Virus record (IMG/VR): IMGVR_UViG_3300032046_000001
Coordinates: 248,001 to 312,000 of that record
Strand: one strand, 5' to 3'
Length of the DNA: 64,000 nucleotides
Shown: positions 1-7,659 of the stretch, in pieces
How the letters are laid out: each line of letters begins with the position of its first letter
How positions within the stretch are numbered: position 1 is the stretch's first letter
Notes under the pieces: model-generated
The model's input: only the letters and a program-made list of their open reading frames with translations
Told to the model about the DNA's origin: nothing
Databases searched by the model: none
Program-made: the position numbers and the translations under genes

Positions 1-55
1 CCTTTTCAATATAGGTGTTAAATAATATAAGTGAGATTGGGGATCTCAGATAAAT

Positions 56-136
56 TGGGAGGTCATATCGGATTCGAACCGATGCCTTCGAATTCGCGCG
101 TAACCCGAAACTCTGGCCACTGAGTTTAATGACCTC
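56..136 (-). tRNA. Atypical tRNA-like gene (Arg-like; extended anticodon arm, encoded CCA)
   Basis: Reverse complement folds as GAGGTCAT/ATGACCTC acceptor, AACTC/GAGTT D-stem, ATCGG-TTCGAAT-CCGAT T-arm and 3' CCA. The anticodon arm TCGGGTT-ACGCGCG-AATTCGA is non-canonical. Confidence 0.65.
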
Positions 137-152
137 ATAAAAATTCAAATAG

Positions 153-226
153 GGTGAGGTACGAGATTCGAACTCGTATATCTGGATTCACAGTCCAGCA
201 CCTGTCTCCGTTCGGTTAACCCCACC
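153..226 (-). tRNA. tRNA-His(GTG)
   Basis: Cloverleaf with CTGGA-CTGTGAA-TCCAG anticodon arm, G-1 and C73, TTCGAAT T-loop. Confidence 0.93.
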
Positions 227-233
227 ATAAAAA

Positions 234-306
234 TGAGCTGTACTGGATTCGAACCAGTGACGACTTCATTAAAAGTGAAGTGCTCTACCAACTGAGCTAA
301 CAGCCC
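234..306 (-). tRNA. tRNA-Lys(TTT)
   Basis: GGGCTGT acceptor, GCTCAGTTGGTAGAGC D-arm, CTTCA-CTTTTAA-TGAAG anticodon arm. Confidence 0.95.
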
Positions 307-317
307 GTAATTTCAAG

Positions 318-389
318 CGACACTATGGAGAATCGAACTCCAGTTAGATGATCGACAGTCATCTGTCCTAACCACTGGACGATAGTGCC
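318..389 (-). tRNA. tRNA-Asp(GTC)
   Basis: GGCACTA acceptor, GATGA-CTGTCGA-TCATC anticodon arm, G discriminator. Confidence 0.93.
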
Positions 390-398
390 ATTTTATAA

Positions 399-482
399 TC
401 GAACTGAAGGAATCGAACCTCCATTCACCAGAAGCAAGAATGGAATTGAACCATTAATGATATGCCTATCACCATTACTCGA
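399..482 (-). ncRNA. tRNA-like element with two tandem T-arm hairpins (degenerate tRNA remnants or small structured RNA)
   Basis: Two T-arm hairpins, AATGG-TTCAATT-CCATT and GGAGG-TTCGATT-CCTTC; the ends TCGAG and TTCGA can pair; no canonical anticodon arm. Confidence 0.35.
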
Positions 483-485
483 TAA

Positions 486-559
486 CAGGTCAGAGAGGAT
501 TTGAACCCCCGATCTTCGGATTTGGAGTCCGATGTTCTACCAAATTGAACTACTGACCT
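486..559 (-). tRNA. tRNA-Trp(CCA)
   Basis: AGGTCAG acceptor, TCGGA-CTCCAAA-TCCGA anticodon arm, G discriminator. Confidence 0.95.
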
Positions 560-662
560 ATTTGAGATTTCAGAAATGATATCCAATCAATATTCCATAA
601 TTATAACCACCAATATCGACTTTTTCACTAAAAATTAAAATAACATTTGGATCGGTATCAGA

Positions 663-855
663 TTAAAATAATGGAACTATATGAAAATTAATAGGAATAC
701 CACATCCGGTACACCCTTCAATACATGAACTTTTTTCAGGCATCAGATCGAAAAATTCCAATGCCTTTCTCACTTTATGGCACTTCTCAGGGGGTTGGTA
801 CGTCAAATGTAATATATTCATTTAGTACAGTTCCTTCAACATGTAATACATCCAT
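663..855 (-). pseudogene. Frameshifted paralog of the Cys-rich protein at 1706-1960
   Basis: AGGAGG RBS, then MDVLHVEGTVLNEYITFDVPTP, stop at CCC-TGA. The +1 frame continues EKCHKVRKALEFFDLMPEKSSCIEGCTGCGIPINFHIVPLF, which aligns end to end with the 1706-1960 protein. Confidence 0.8.
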
Positions 856-870
856 TTTGATTCCTCCTAA

Positions 871-1050
871 TTAGAAATCGATTTGTAAACTTATTGTATC
901 TTTTTCAATTCCGTCATCATCTGTTTCTTCGAACACAATTTCTTCAATTTCAGTTTGACTTGCAAAACCATCATCATAAACCAAAACTTCTACATCACCA
1001 TGTTTTTTAATAATTTTTTCAATCCTATCAATTAATTCTGATGCTAACAT
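871..1050 (-). CDS. Small acidic hypothetical protein (59 aa, not in ORF track)
   Basis: Read manually: MLASELIDRIEKIIKKHGDVEVLVYDDG...QIDF, AGGGG RBS. Confidence 0.7.
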   Translation of the reverse strand: MLASELIDRIEKIIKKHGDVEVLVYDDGFASQTEIEEIVFEETDDDGIEKDTISLQIDF

Positions 1051-1071
1051 AAATACCCCTTTTTAAAAAAT

Positions 1072-1201
1072 TGGTCGCACCGTGGAGATTTGAACTCCAA
1101 TCCGAATAGCCGATCAAGCTATCCAATCCTTTGATTAAACTCTGCCCATATACAACTATGGCGGACTTTATTTAATCAGATCCCTATTAGACGACGGTGC
1201 T
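1072..1201 (-). ncRNA. Atypical 130-nt tRNA-like RNA with large hairpin insertion and encoded CCA
   Basis: GCACCG/CGGTGC acceptor, A discriminator plus CCA, TGGAG-TTCAAAT-CTCCA T-arm, GGATAGC-TTGATCG-GCTATTC arm, and an extra ~47-nt hairpin TGATTAAA...TTTAATCA (1132-1178). Confidence 0.65.
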
Positions 1202-1208
1202 AAATAAG

Positions 1209-1282
1209 TTGACGTGAAAGGACTTGAACCTTTGACCTAACGCTTATAAGGCGTTTGCTCTAACCAACTGAGCTACACGTCA
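1209..1282 (-). tRNA. tRNA-Ile(TAT)
   Basis: TGACGTG/CACGTCA acceptor, AACGC-CTTATAA-GCGTT anticodon arm, A discriminator. Confidence 0.92.
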
Positions 1283-1299
1283 AACTATGATACTAAAAA

Positions 1300-1761
1300 T
1301 TAACCACCGAATGTTTGTCTGAATATTTCCCTAAATTCATTATATGGAATCATATTTTTTCCTTGTGATCCCTGGACACAAGTCATACCACAAAATTTTG
1401 AAATTTTGAGATTTTCAGTTGAATCTACTTGAAGCGGATTCTTTTCAAACACTGTTTGAGCTAAAGTTATACAAAAATCAGTATCTCTACCAATTCCTGC
1501 ATTATATGCAGCTTGATATATGGCGTATAAATTACCACACGCCTTTTCAAACTGTTCATTTTTTTGCTGTGTCTGTTCCAATTGGTTCTGACCTTGACTT
1601 GGAACTGGTGGAGCAACCGGATAATTTCTGGTACAACCAAAGAGTAATACCATCAACACAATTGAAAAAAGTTTTGCGTATCCCCTTTTCTTTGAATAAT
1701 TTAAATTAAAATGGCTGGAGAAGATCGATATCAATATTGAATCCGCATCCAGTGCATCCAT
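1300..1761 (-). CDS. Putative lipoprotein (true start probably downstream of 1705)
   Basis: Hydrophobic stretch ending in lipobox LLFGC; the 5' part of the ORF overlaps the upstream gene. Confidence 0.6.
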   Translation of the reverse strand: MDALDADSILISIFSSHFNLNYSKKRGYAKLFSIVLMVLLFGCTRNYPVAPPVPSQGQNQLEQTQQKNEQFEKACGNLYAIYQAAYNAGIGRDTDFCITLAQTVFEKNPLQVDSTENLKISKFCGMTCVQGSQGKNMIPYNEFREIFRQTFGG

Positions 1762-1960
1762 CCGTGCAGGAGCTATTCACAGGAATGATGCTAAAGAATC
1801 CCAACGAGTCTCGTACTCGTGTACATATCGCAGGTGTAGGAACATTGAAGGTAATATGTTCGCCTGTGTCCATAGTACCTTCAACATGCAACGTTTCTTC
1901 AAATATGGAAAGATGTTTTACCTTATCTCTTTGAGATGAATTCATTATAATTTCCTCCAT
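1706..1960 (-). CDS. Small Cys-rich putative metal-binding protein
   Basis: C-x16-CTDGCTGCG motif; paralog at 663-855. Confidence 0.75.
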   Translation of the reverse strand: MEEIIMNSSQRDKVKHLSIFEETLHVEGTMDTGEHITFNVPTPAICTRVRDSLGFFSIIPVNSSCTDGCTGCGFNIDIDLLQPF

Positions 1961-1981
1961 TTAAAGTGTGATAAAAAATAG

Positions 1982-2052
1982 TGGCACTATGGAGGATCGA
2001 ACTCCAGTTGGATGATCGAAGGTCATCTGTCCTGCCATTAGACGATAGTGCC
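1982..2052 (-). tRNA. tRNA-Glu(TTC), C33 variant
   Basis: GGCACTA/TAGTGCC acceptor, GATGA-CCTTCGA-TCATC anticodon arm; body nearly identical to tRNA-Asp at 318-389. Confidence 0.85.
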
Positions 2053-2080
2053 GAATAAAAAATTTGATTGTATTACTACT

Positions 2081-2100
2081 TTCACATATTAATATATATA
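2081..2100 (-). promoter_or_regulatory. Conserved phage promoter-like motif, copy 1
   Basis: TATATATATTAATATGTGAA in an intergenic gap upstream of tRNA-Glu; recurs 8 times. Confidence 0.75.
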
Positions 2101-2201
2101 AATGTTCATCGATATCCCAAAATCAAAAAATCAACCTTCCAACACCAAATGCCCCATAATGTTTTCCAACAGGAACACATGGCATTGGATTTAAGGGATT
2201 T

Positions 2202-2606
2202 TCATATAATACCATTTCCGAGTCCTTCAACTAATTGAAAATAAAAAATCATGTATTCATCATATGACCTATGAAATATTGGTCTTATATTGTTTATTGA
2301 AAAGGGAACCGTATCCCTTTCTAAAACGTCAGTTAAACAACCACTTGTAAATTTATGTTTTCGTTTTTTATATATGATTTCTCCTGTCATCATCATACTT
2401 CTAAAAAAATTGAATTGATCATGAGTTATTGGTCCCGTACATGTTATTGTCTGTCTGGATCTACCTGAGAATAACCAGTGGAGATACTCCGAATTTCTAA
2501 TATTCGGTGCTCCAATAATAAAAAATGGTAACATTATACCTTCATACATGATATTTATAATCATTTCGGGTATTTTCATTTCTGGCATTTTAACATCCCT
2601 CATCAA
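2202..2606 (-). CDS. Hypothetical protein, paralog of 3091-3510
   Basis: Shared LPF..P.I..E..LF..I.C.GP.T.D..G..IY..R.YD pattern. Confidence 0.75.
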   Translation of the reverse strand: MMRDVKMPEMKIPEMIINIMYEGIMLPFFIIGAPNIRNSEYLHWLFSGRSRQTITCTGPITHDQFNFFRSMMMTGEIIYKKRKHKFTSGCLTDVLERDTVPFSINNIRPIFHRSYDEYMIFYFQLVEGLGNGII

Positions 2607-2617
2607 ATTAATTTTGA

Positions 2618-3076
2618 CTATTTATATCTAACAATATTGACACTTGGAAAATATTGAACGATAATGGAAAGATAAACATTCCAATTACCGCCGCCTAATG
2701 TACATCCCATTTTTTCTGGAATATAAACTTTATCAGGATCTAATTGATGTATTTCAATATGTCGTTTCAGTTTATTGAATGCATGATCAACAGCTTCATA
2801 ATTTGTTTTTCTACTATCTGTTCCAATTTTTTCTTGTCCGAAAACATTAACAACTGATAATAATTCATTGATCTTTATAACCTGAATTGATCCTAATAGA
2901 GTATAACCACCTTCTCTACACAAATCACGATATTGTTGATAAACTTCGGGATATTTATCACGTATTTGTTTCGCTAAACCAGCCCCCATAATACCGAGGC
3001 AATTAACCTGATGACAGATTAATCCCTCGGTAATAGAGAGCAAATTTCCATTCTGAACATGATATGTTATTTCCAA
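2618..3076 (-). CDS. Macrodomain protein (ADP-ribose processing, Poa1/DarG-like)
   Basis: GNLL, ICHQVNCLGIMGAGLAKQIRDKYP, IPEKMGCTLGGGNW macro motifs. Confidence 0.92.
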   Translation of the reverse strand: MEITYHVQNGNLLSITEGLICHQVNCLGIMGAGLAKQIRDKYPEVYQQYRDLCREGGYTLLGSIQVIKINELLSVVNVFGQEKIGTDSRKTNYEAVDHAFNKLKRHIEIHQLDPDKVYIPEKMGCTLGGGNWNVYLSIIVQYFPSVNIVRYK

Positions 3077-3090
3077 ATTTTTATTTCTCC

Positions 3091-3510
3091 TTAACTCTCA
3101 AAATCATTAATAGATTTAATTCTGAATAAATTTCCTTTTATTACAATTGAAAAATTAACAAAATAATCATATTTACGTGATGGTATTTTACTTATTACTG
3201 CAATATATCGTGGCAATACATCACTTTCTCCAAAACCACTTAATCGGCACTGCAACATTTTGTATGGATTATTATTGTATATCATAATACCCATAACTGG
3301 AAATGATTTTAAAATCGAACACTCATCACTTGTTAATGGTCCGTAACATCTTATTGCGCGTTCAATGTCATCACTACGTAATTTAAATAAAAATTCAATT
3401 GATTCTTCTCTGGAAATACCCGGAACACAATCGAGAACAAATGGAAGTAATTTCCCATCAATGTTAAGACAAACAAGAATATCTGATAATCTCATAATTA
3501 GTTCCTCCAT
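3091..3510 (-). CDS. Hypothetical protein, paralog of 2202-2606
   Basis: Alignment by eye with 2202-2606. Confidence 0.75.
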   Translation of the reverse strand: MEELIMRLSDILVCLNIDGKLLPFVLDCVPGISREESIEFLFKLRSDDIERAIRCYGPLTSDECSILKSFPVMGIMIYNNNPYKMLQCRLSGFGESDVLPRYIAVISKIPSRKYDYFVNFSIVIKGNLFRIKSINDFES

Positions 3511-3540
3511 AATTGAAGTTTAAAAAATTAATTATCCGTA

Positions 3541-3560
3541 TCATCTATTAATATATTTAG
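3541..3560 (-). promoter_or_regulatory. Conserved phage promoter-like motif, copy 2 (divergent)
   Basis: CTAAATATATTAATAGATGA upstream of the 3510 ORF. Confidence 0.5.
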
Positions 3561-3732
3561 TTTACCTCGTTTTTAATGATTATTTTATTATATCGTCTAA
3601 CAGCCTTATGTAATCTTCTCTTATTTTTTTTATGGGTTTTTTTATTTCTTTTTATATAATTAAAATTATCATCATAATTATGACCAAATAATTTTAATAA
3701 ATATACTTTCTCAAATTTACTCTTAGGTTTCA

Positions 3733-4143
3733 TTAATCGTCATATATTGGTGAAAATTTCTTTTTTAATTTTTCATATAATTCGAGTTCGTTTTGAAATT
3801 CTTTTTGATGTTTTTCTATTTCTTTTTGTTTTTCTTGTTCTTTTTCTAATTCAATTTCTTGTTGTCGTTCTTTAATTAATTTTTCGAGAATTTTTTCTTG
3901 TCCGAATAAAAGTTCATTATATTCAACAGAAAAATAATCTATTTCATCTTCGCCGTCATAATAATCATGACTGTACTGATAATAAGTTATTGTAATATAA
4001 TTATCTCCAAGACGAATTCGATTAAAATCAAAATTTATTTTAAAAAATTCAGAAAATTTTTTAGAAATTTCTTCAGCCATTTCATGGAATAATTTATGTA
4101 ATTTTTTGAAAGTTTCAATTTGTTCTTTTGTCATGTTTACCAA
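3733..4143 (-). CDS. Hypothetical protein with charged coiled-coil C-terminus
   Basis: ORF in operon-like array. Confidence 0.65.
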   Translation of the reverse strand: MVNMTKEQIETFKKLHKLFHEMAEEISKKFSEFFKINFDFNRIRLGDNYITITYYQYSHDYYDGEDEIDYFSVEYNELLFGQEKILEKLIKERQQEIELEKEQEKQKEIEKHQKEFQNELELYEKLKKKFSPIYDD

Positions 4144-4723
4144 AGATCACATTTCCTTTCTTCGTTTTATAACAATATCCACATTCTAAACATGTTTTTT
4201 TATTTTTTTCATATAAACATTCAAACCCATTTGCTCTTTTATCATTATTTATATATGCGATTCTAAATCCGTCGGGTGGATCAGGCATTGTTATATCAGT
4301 AGATAAAAAAATTTGGATATTATTTAATTTATTTAGAACTTTTATTTTTTCAAATAAATTTGGAATCACACACGAACGAGTGTATGTCCAAAATTTAATA
4401 CTTGATAATGATGAACAAATTTTAATCCATGAATCAATATAATCTTCACTATAAAAATCTCCAGACGTGTGAATACGTACAATTGATTCACACGTCTTAG
4501 AGATTTTATTTATAATCATATCAGAAAAATTAGTTTGATCTTTAGAATATTGAAAATTATTTTCGTATGATCGTTCACAAACTTTATATCTTTTCTGATA
4601 TTTTAAAACATAACACTCTTTTTCACACCATTTACTTCTCCCAGGACAGCTATAATAACTGGGCATACTGATATTTAATATTTTTCCTAACTTTGTATTT
4701 CCCTTACTGATACAAAAATTCAT
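4115..4723 (-). CDS. GP88-like Fe-S / radical-SAM-related phage protein
   Basis: GNTKLG, CPGRSKWCEKECY, VRIHTSGDFY, WTYTR, CLECGYC motifs. Confidence 0.8.
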   Translation of the reverse strand: MNFCISKGNTKLGKILNISMPSYYSCPGRSKWCEKECYVLKYQKRYKVCERSYENNFQYSKDQTNFSDMIINKISKTCESIVRIHTSGDFYSEDYIDSWIKICSSLSSIKFWTYTRSCVIPNLFEKIKVLNKLNNIQIFLSTDITMPDPPDGFRIAYINNDKRANGFECLYEKNKKTCLECGYCYKTKKGNVIFGKHDKRTN

Positions 4724-5212
4724 TTACGATTGTTGATTACTTTTCTCCTGTAGTATTTTAATATACTCTTGGATAATTGTGCGATAAACTAATCCATTTG
4801 GAAAGAATGGTAAAATATCAAATTCAGAATTTATCAAATTAAAATCATATTCTGTTTTGATACCATCATTATTCAATATTTTATCGAGTGCTTTTGCTGT
4901 AGCCGAACTACGACTTATACCAGCATCGCACTGACACACTATCGTGTTAACATTGTCTTTATTTTCAAAAATAAAATTCAAAATTTGTCTGGCATGATTT
5001 TCATTGAATAAAGTCAATTTATATTTTTCAATAATATCATCACCAATATCTTCTTCAACATCGCTAAATTTTAATTGTAGAATTCCTTTACAGTTTCTTC
5101 GTTTCGGAATTTTTGCGAATTCTTCCGAATTTTCTGTAATTGAAATTATAATATATGGAACATCTGCATCAAAGAATCCTATAGTCCACCTGCTTTCAAC
5201 TACCAGAATCAT
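4724..5212 (-). CDS. Predicted protein-tyrosine/dual-specificity phosphatase family protein
   Basis: IISIT, L.FSD, CDAGISRS (Cx5R P-loop), FPN. Confidence 0.88.
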   Translation of the reverse strand: MILVVESRWTIGFFDADVPYIIISITENSEEFAKIPKRRNCKGILQLKFSDVEEDIGDDIIEKYKLTLFNENHARQILNFIFENKDNVNTIVCQCDAGISRSSATAKALDKILNNDGIKTEYDFNLINSEFDILPFFPNGLVYRTIIQEYIKILQEKSNQQS

Positions 5213-5390
5213 TTTTCTTCGTCTTTAATTTATAAATACCCCAAATTGTGAAAATCAATAGGGCTGTTCCAATTGGACACTTGATTAAACCCCAAATAAA
5301 CAGAATACAAAAAACAATCAATAAAATAAAGAAATCAATAGGTTCCATTTTTCCCTCCAATTATTTAATATGAATTAATTTCTTCTTTTG

Positions 5391-5567
5391 TCATACTTTA
5401 TATAATCTCTTTTCAATTTGATATATTTCATCATAATCATGACAGTTTGGACATCCTGCATCATAAGTTTCAGCAACCATTTCTCCTTCATATTCATAAT
5501 ATATCGTTCTTGGTTCTAAATCTTCTTCATCACCAATCCAACCACATAATCGACAACTACACTTCAT
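5391..5567 (-). CDS. Small zinc-ribbon protein (58 aa, not in ORF track)
   Basis: Read manually: MKCSCRLCGWIGDEEDL...GCPNCHD. Confidence 0.6.
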   Translation of the reverse strand: MKCSCRLCGWIGDEEDLEPRTIYYEYEGEMVAETYDAGCPNCHDYDEIYQIEKRLYKV

Positions 5568-5790
5568 GTTCTTCCATTACACCTGATATGGTGTATTTAT
5601 CGAATTCGTTTATAGTGATATTTGATTCTTCCAATATTTGAAATAGTTTCATCAGATCATGATTCAATTGTTGTCTCAATAAACCATATTCATATGGAAA
5701 GACAGACATAACATATTGACTATCATGAAACTTAAAAGCCACGGTTGAATTTTTGACTCTTTCACTCATCGTCATCCTCCAATTTAGCAA
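5557..5790 (-). CDS. Hypothetical protein
   Basis: ORF in overlapping array. Confidence 0.55.
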   Translation of the reverse strand: MLNWRMTMSERVKNSTVAFKFHDSQYVMSVFPYEYGLLRQQLNHDLMKLFQILEESNITINEFDKYTISGVMEEHEV

Positions 5791-6013
5791 GTTTTTTATA
5801 AACTCTGTTCATATTATCCAGTGCTTCTTTAATATCATCTTGGTAAAGAACATATTCATCATCATCTACACTTTCAAGTAGACTTTCAATTTCTTTTATA
5901 TATTCTAAGATTCTATTACCAATCGAATAACTTGTTGAACTACTATTTGTAACCAAATCATTTTTAACTTTCAATCTGAATTGTCCTCTTATCAATCTCG
6001 ATAAGTCGTTCAC
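5762..6013 (-). CDS. Hypothetical protein with VTNSSSTSY motif
   Basis: Motif recalled from phage proteins of unknown function. Confidence 0.6.
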   Translation of the reverse strand: MNDLSRLIRGQFRLKVKNDLVTNSSSTSYSIGNRILEYIKEIESLLESVDDDEYVLYQDDIKEALDNMNRVYKKLAKLEDDDE

Positions 6014-6152
6014 GTATTTTATTAATTTTTTCTAAAATTTTTTTAATATCTGATTTTGTAACAAAATGATCATTGATTGAATTTTCAACTCTCTTAAGAT
6101 TGTCTAATAATTCATCGACGACAGACCGAAATATAATTCGCCCAAATATCAT
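5964..6152 (-). CDS. Hypothetical protein
   Basis: ORF in array. Confidence 0.5.
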   Translation of the reverse strand: MIFGRIIFRSVVDELLDNLKRVENSINDHFVTKSDIKKILEKINKIRERLIEIDKRTIQIES

Positions 6153-6153
6153 T

Positions 6154-6741
6154 CTAATCAGGTTTTCTCCTAATTATTGATCGAAAATAAATATCCCTAC
6201 CATCATAGGTGCATTGTGTTGATTGTATAACTTCAAATCGTCCCTCATATTCAAATAATCGTTTTATTCTTTGAGGAGTCGTGATATTTTGATGAGGATC
6301 ATATGTTTCATTAAACATCTCAGTTGAGATAATTATGTCATTTTTATCAAAATTAGGATCATCAACATCTTCATCAAGAATCATCTGGGATAATGATCTG
6401 AAATTAGGACACACTAAATCAATGACACCATTTGTTTCTATTGCGGTTGAAAGAAGATAGATAAAAAATCCTGTCTGATCTCTTGGAATATGTTCGAAAT
6501 ATCTGTAAATTAAAGCCCCATTGAATTTATATTTATAAGTTTTCAAAAATTCAAAAATATCATATTTTACTTCAAGAACACAATGATTAATTTCACCACT
6601 TAACCATTTCTTGTGTTGTAATTCAGCGTATTCTGGTAAATCAGCCGTGAAATAATTGCGGTCTAAATTAACAATAAATTTACCTTCAATATCAATACCC
6701 AAATCTGGTTTACCAGCACCAATATTAAGAAACGATTCCAT
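6154..6741 (-). CDS. Class I SAM-dependent methyltransferase-like protein
   Basis: FLNIGAG motif I, VNLD, YFEHI, CPN, PH. Confidence 0.7.
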   Translation of the reverse strand: MESFLNIGAGKPDLGIDIEGKFIVNLDRNYFTADLPEYAELQHKKWLSGEINHCVLEVKYDIFEFLKTYKYKFNGALIYRYFEHIPRDQTGFFIYLLSTAIETNGVIDLVCPNFRSLSQMILDEDVDDPNFDKNDIIISTEMFNETYDPHQNITTPQRIKRLFEYEGRFEVIQSTQCTYDGRDIYFRSIIRRKPD

Positions 6742-6936
6742 AAATAATATTCTCCTTTAACTAAATAACATTCCTATAAAAACAATACCCAAATAAATTA
6801 TTGCGATTACACCTATTATGGCAAGTACAATAAAAAATTTAATTAAAAATATACTAAATGCCATAAATATAATTGGAAATATAAAAAAACATATGATAAA
6901 TAATATAATAAATAATTCAAACATTGTCTATCTCTC

Positions 6937-7659
6937 CTATATAAACTCAATTACTATACTGTTAAAGAACGGTTTCAAATACTTATCAAAATATATTTCT
7001 TTATCAATATCATTACAATCTATCATCTGAATCACTGTTTCTGAAATTTTCATTCTACCATATTTTAAAAGAATTATTTCATAATATTCATTACTGATTG
7101 GAATACAAAAAATTTCTGGATCTTCATTATTGATTAACTCGTCTCTTATTCTCTGTAGTGATCTAAAAATTGACTCTTTACTAAGAAAATTTATTTTTAG
7201 TATCTTTGAATAAAAATAATTCATTTGACCATATTTATTAGCTATACCTTTAGCTGTGATTTCATTTTTATTATTGATTGCTATATAACTATTACGATCA
7301 GATGATATTATAAAATTTAGATAAATATCTCTAAGTTTTAAAGATGTTTCATGATCGAGTATTTTTACTGGAGTTAATAACAATCCATCATATTGCCTCG
7401 TTATTATATCACTGTCAACGACCTTATTTTTTAGAATAAAGTCATTGACAGTAGCCTCGGTTATTTTTCTTAAAATATTTATCAAATTGGGATACTTTTT
7501 CATTAAATTCCCTATTTGAATATTTCGTTTTATTTTGTCATTTTTATCAATATTAGAAATATCATAACCCAATGATTCGAGTATAAAATAATGACAACTT
7601 TCTATATCGTATAAATAAATATTATTTAAAAATAGTTTACATTTCTCATTTATTTTCAT
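6937..7659 (-). CDS. Small divergent family-B DNA-polymerase-like domain protein
   Basis: IYLYDIESCHY (motif A-like), RQYDGLL (motif C-like), ITAKGI, C-terminal IDKEIY..YL. Confidence 0.5.
   Translation of the reverse strand: MKINEKCKLFLNNIYLYDIESCHYFILESLGYDISNIDKNDKIKRNIQIGNLMKKYPNLINILRKITEATVNDFILKNKVVDSDIITRQYDGLLLTPVKILDHETSLKLRDIYLNFIISSDRNSYIAINNKNEITAKGIANKYGQMNYFYSKILKINFLSKESIFRSLQRIRDELINNEDPEIFCIPISNEYYEIILLKYGRMKISETVIQMIDCNDIDKEIYFDKYLKPFFNSIVIEFI

Noticed and set aside
2107-2205. Possible Cys/Trp-rich micro-ORF (MKILKSNAMCSCWKTLWGIWCWK...) if one C is removed from a CCC run
   Set aside because: Requires assuming an indel, and no homolog or paralog supports it.
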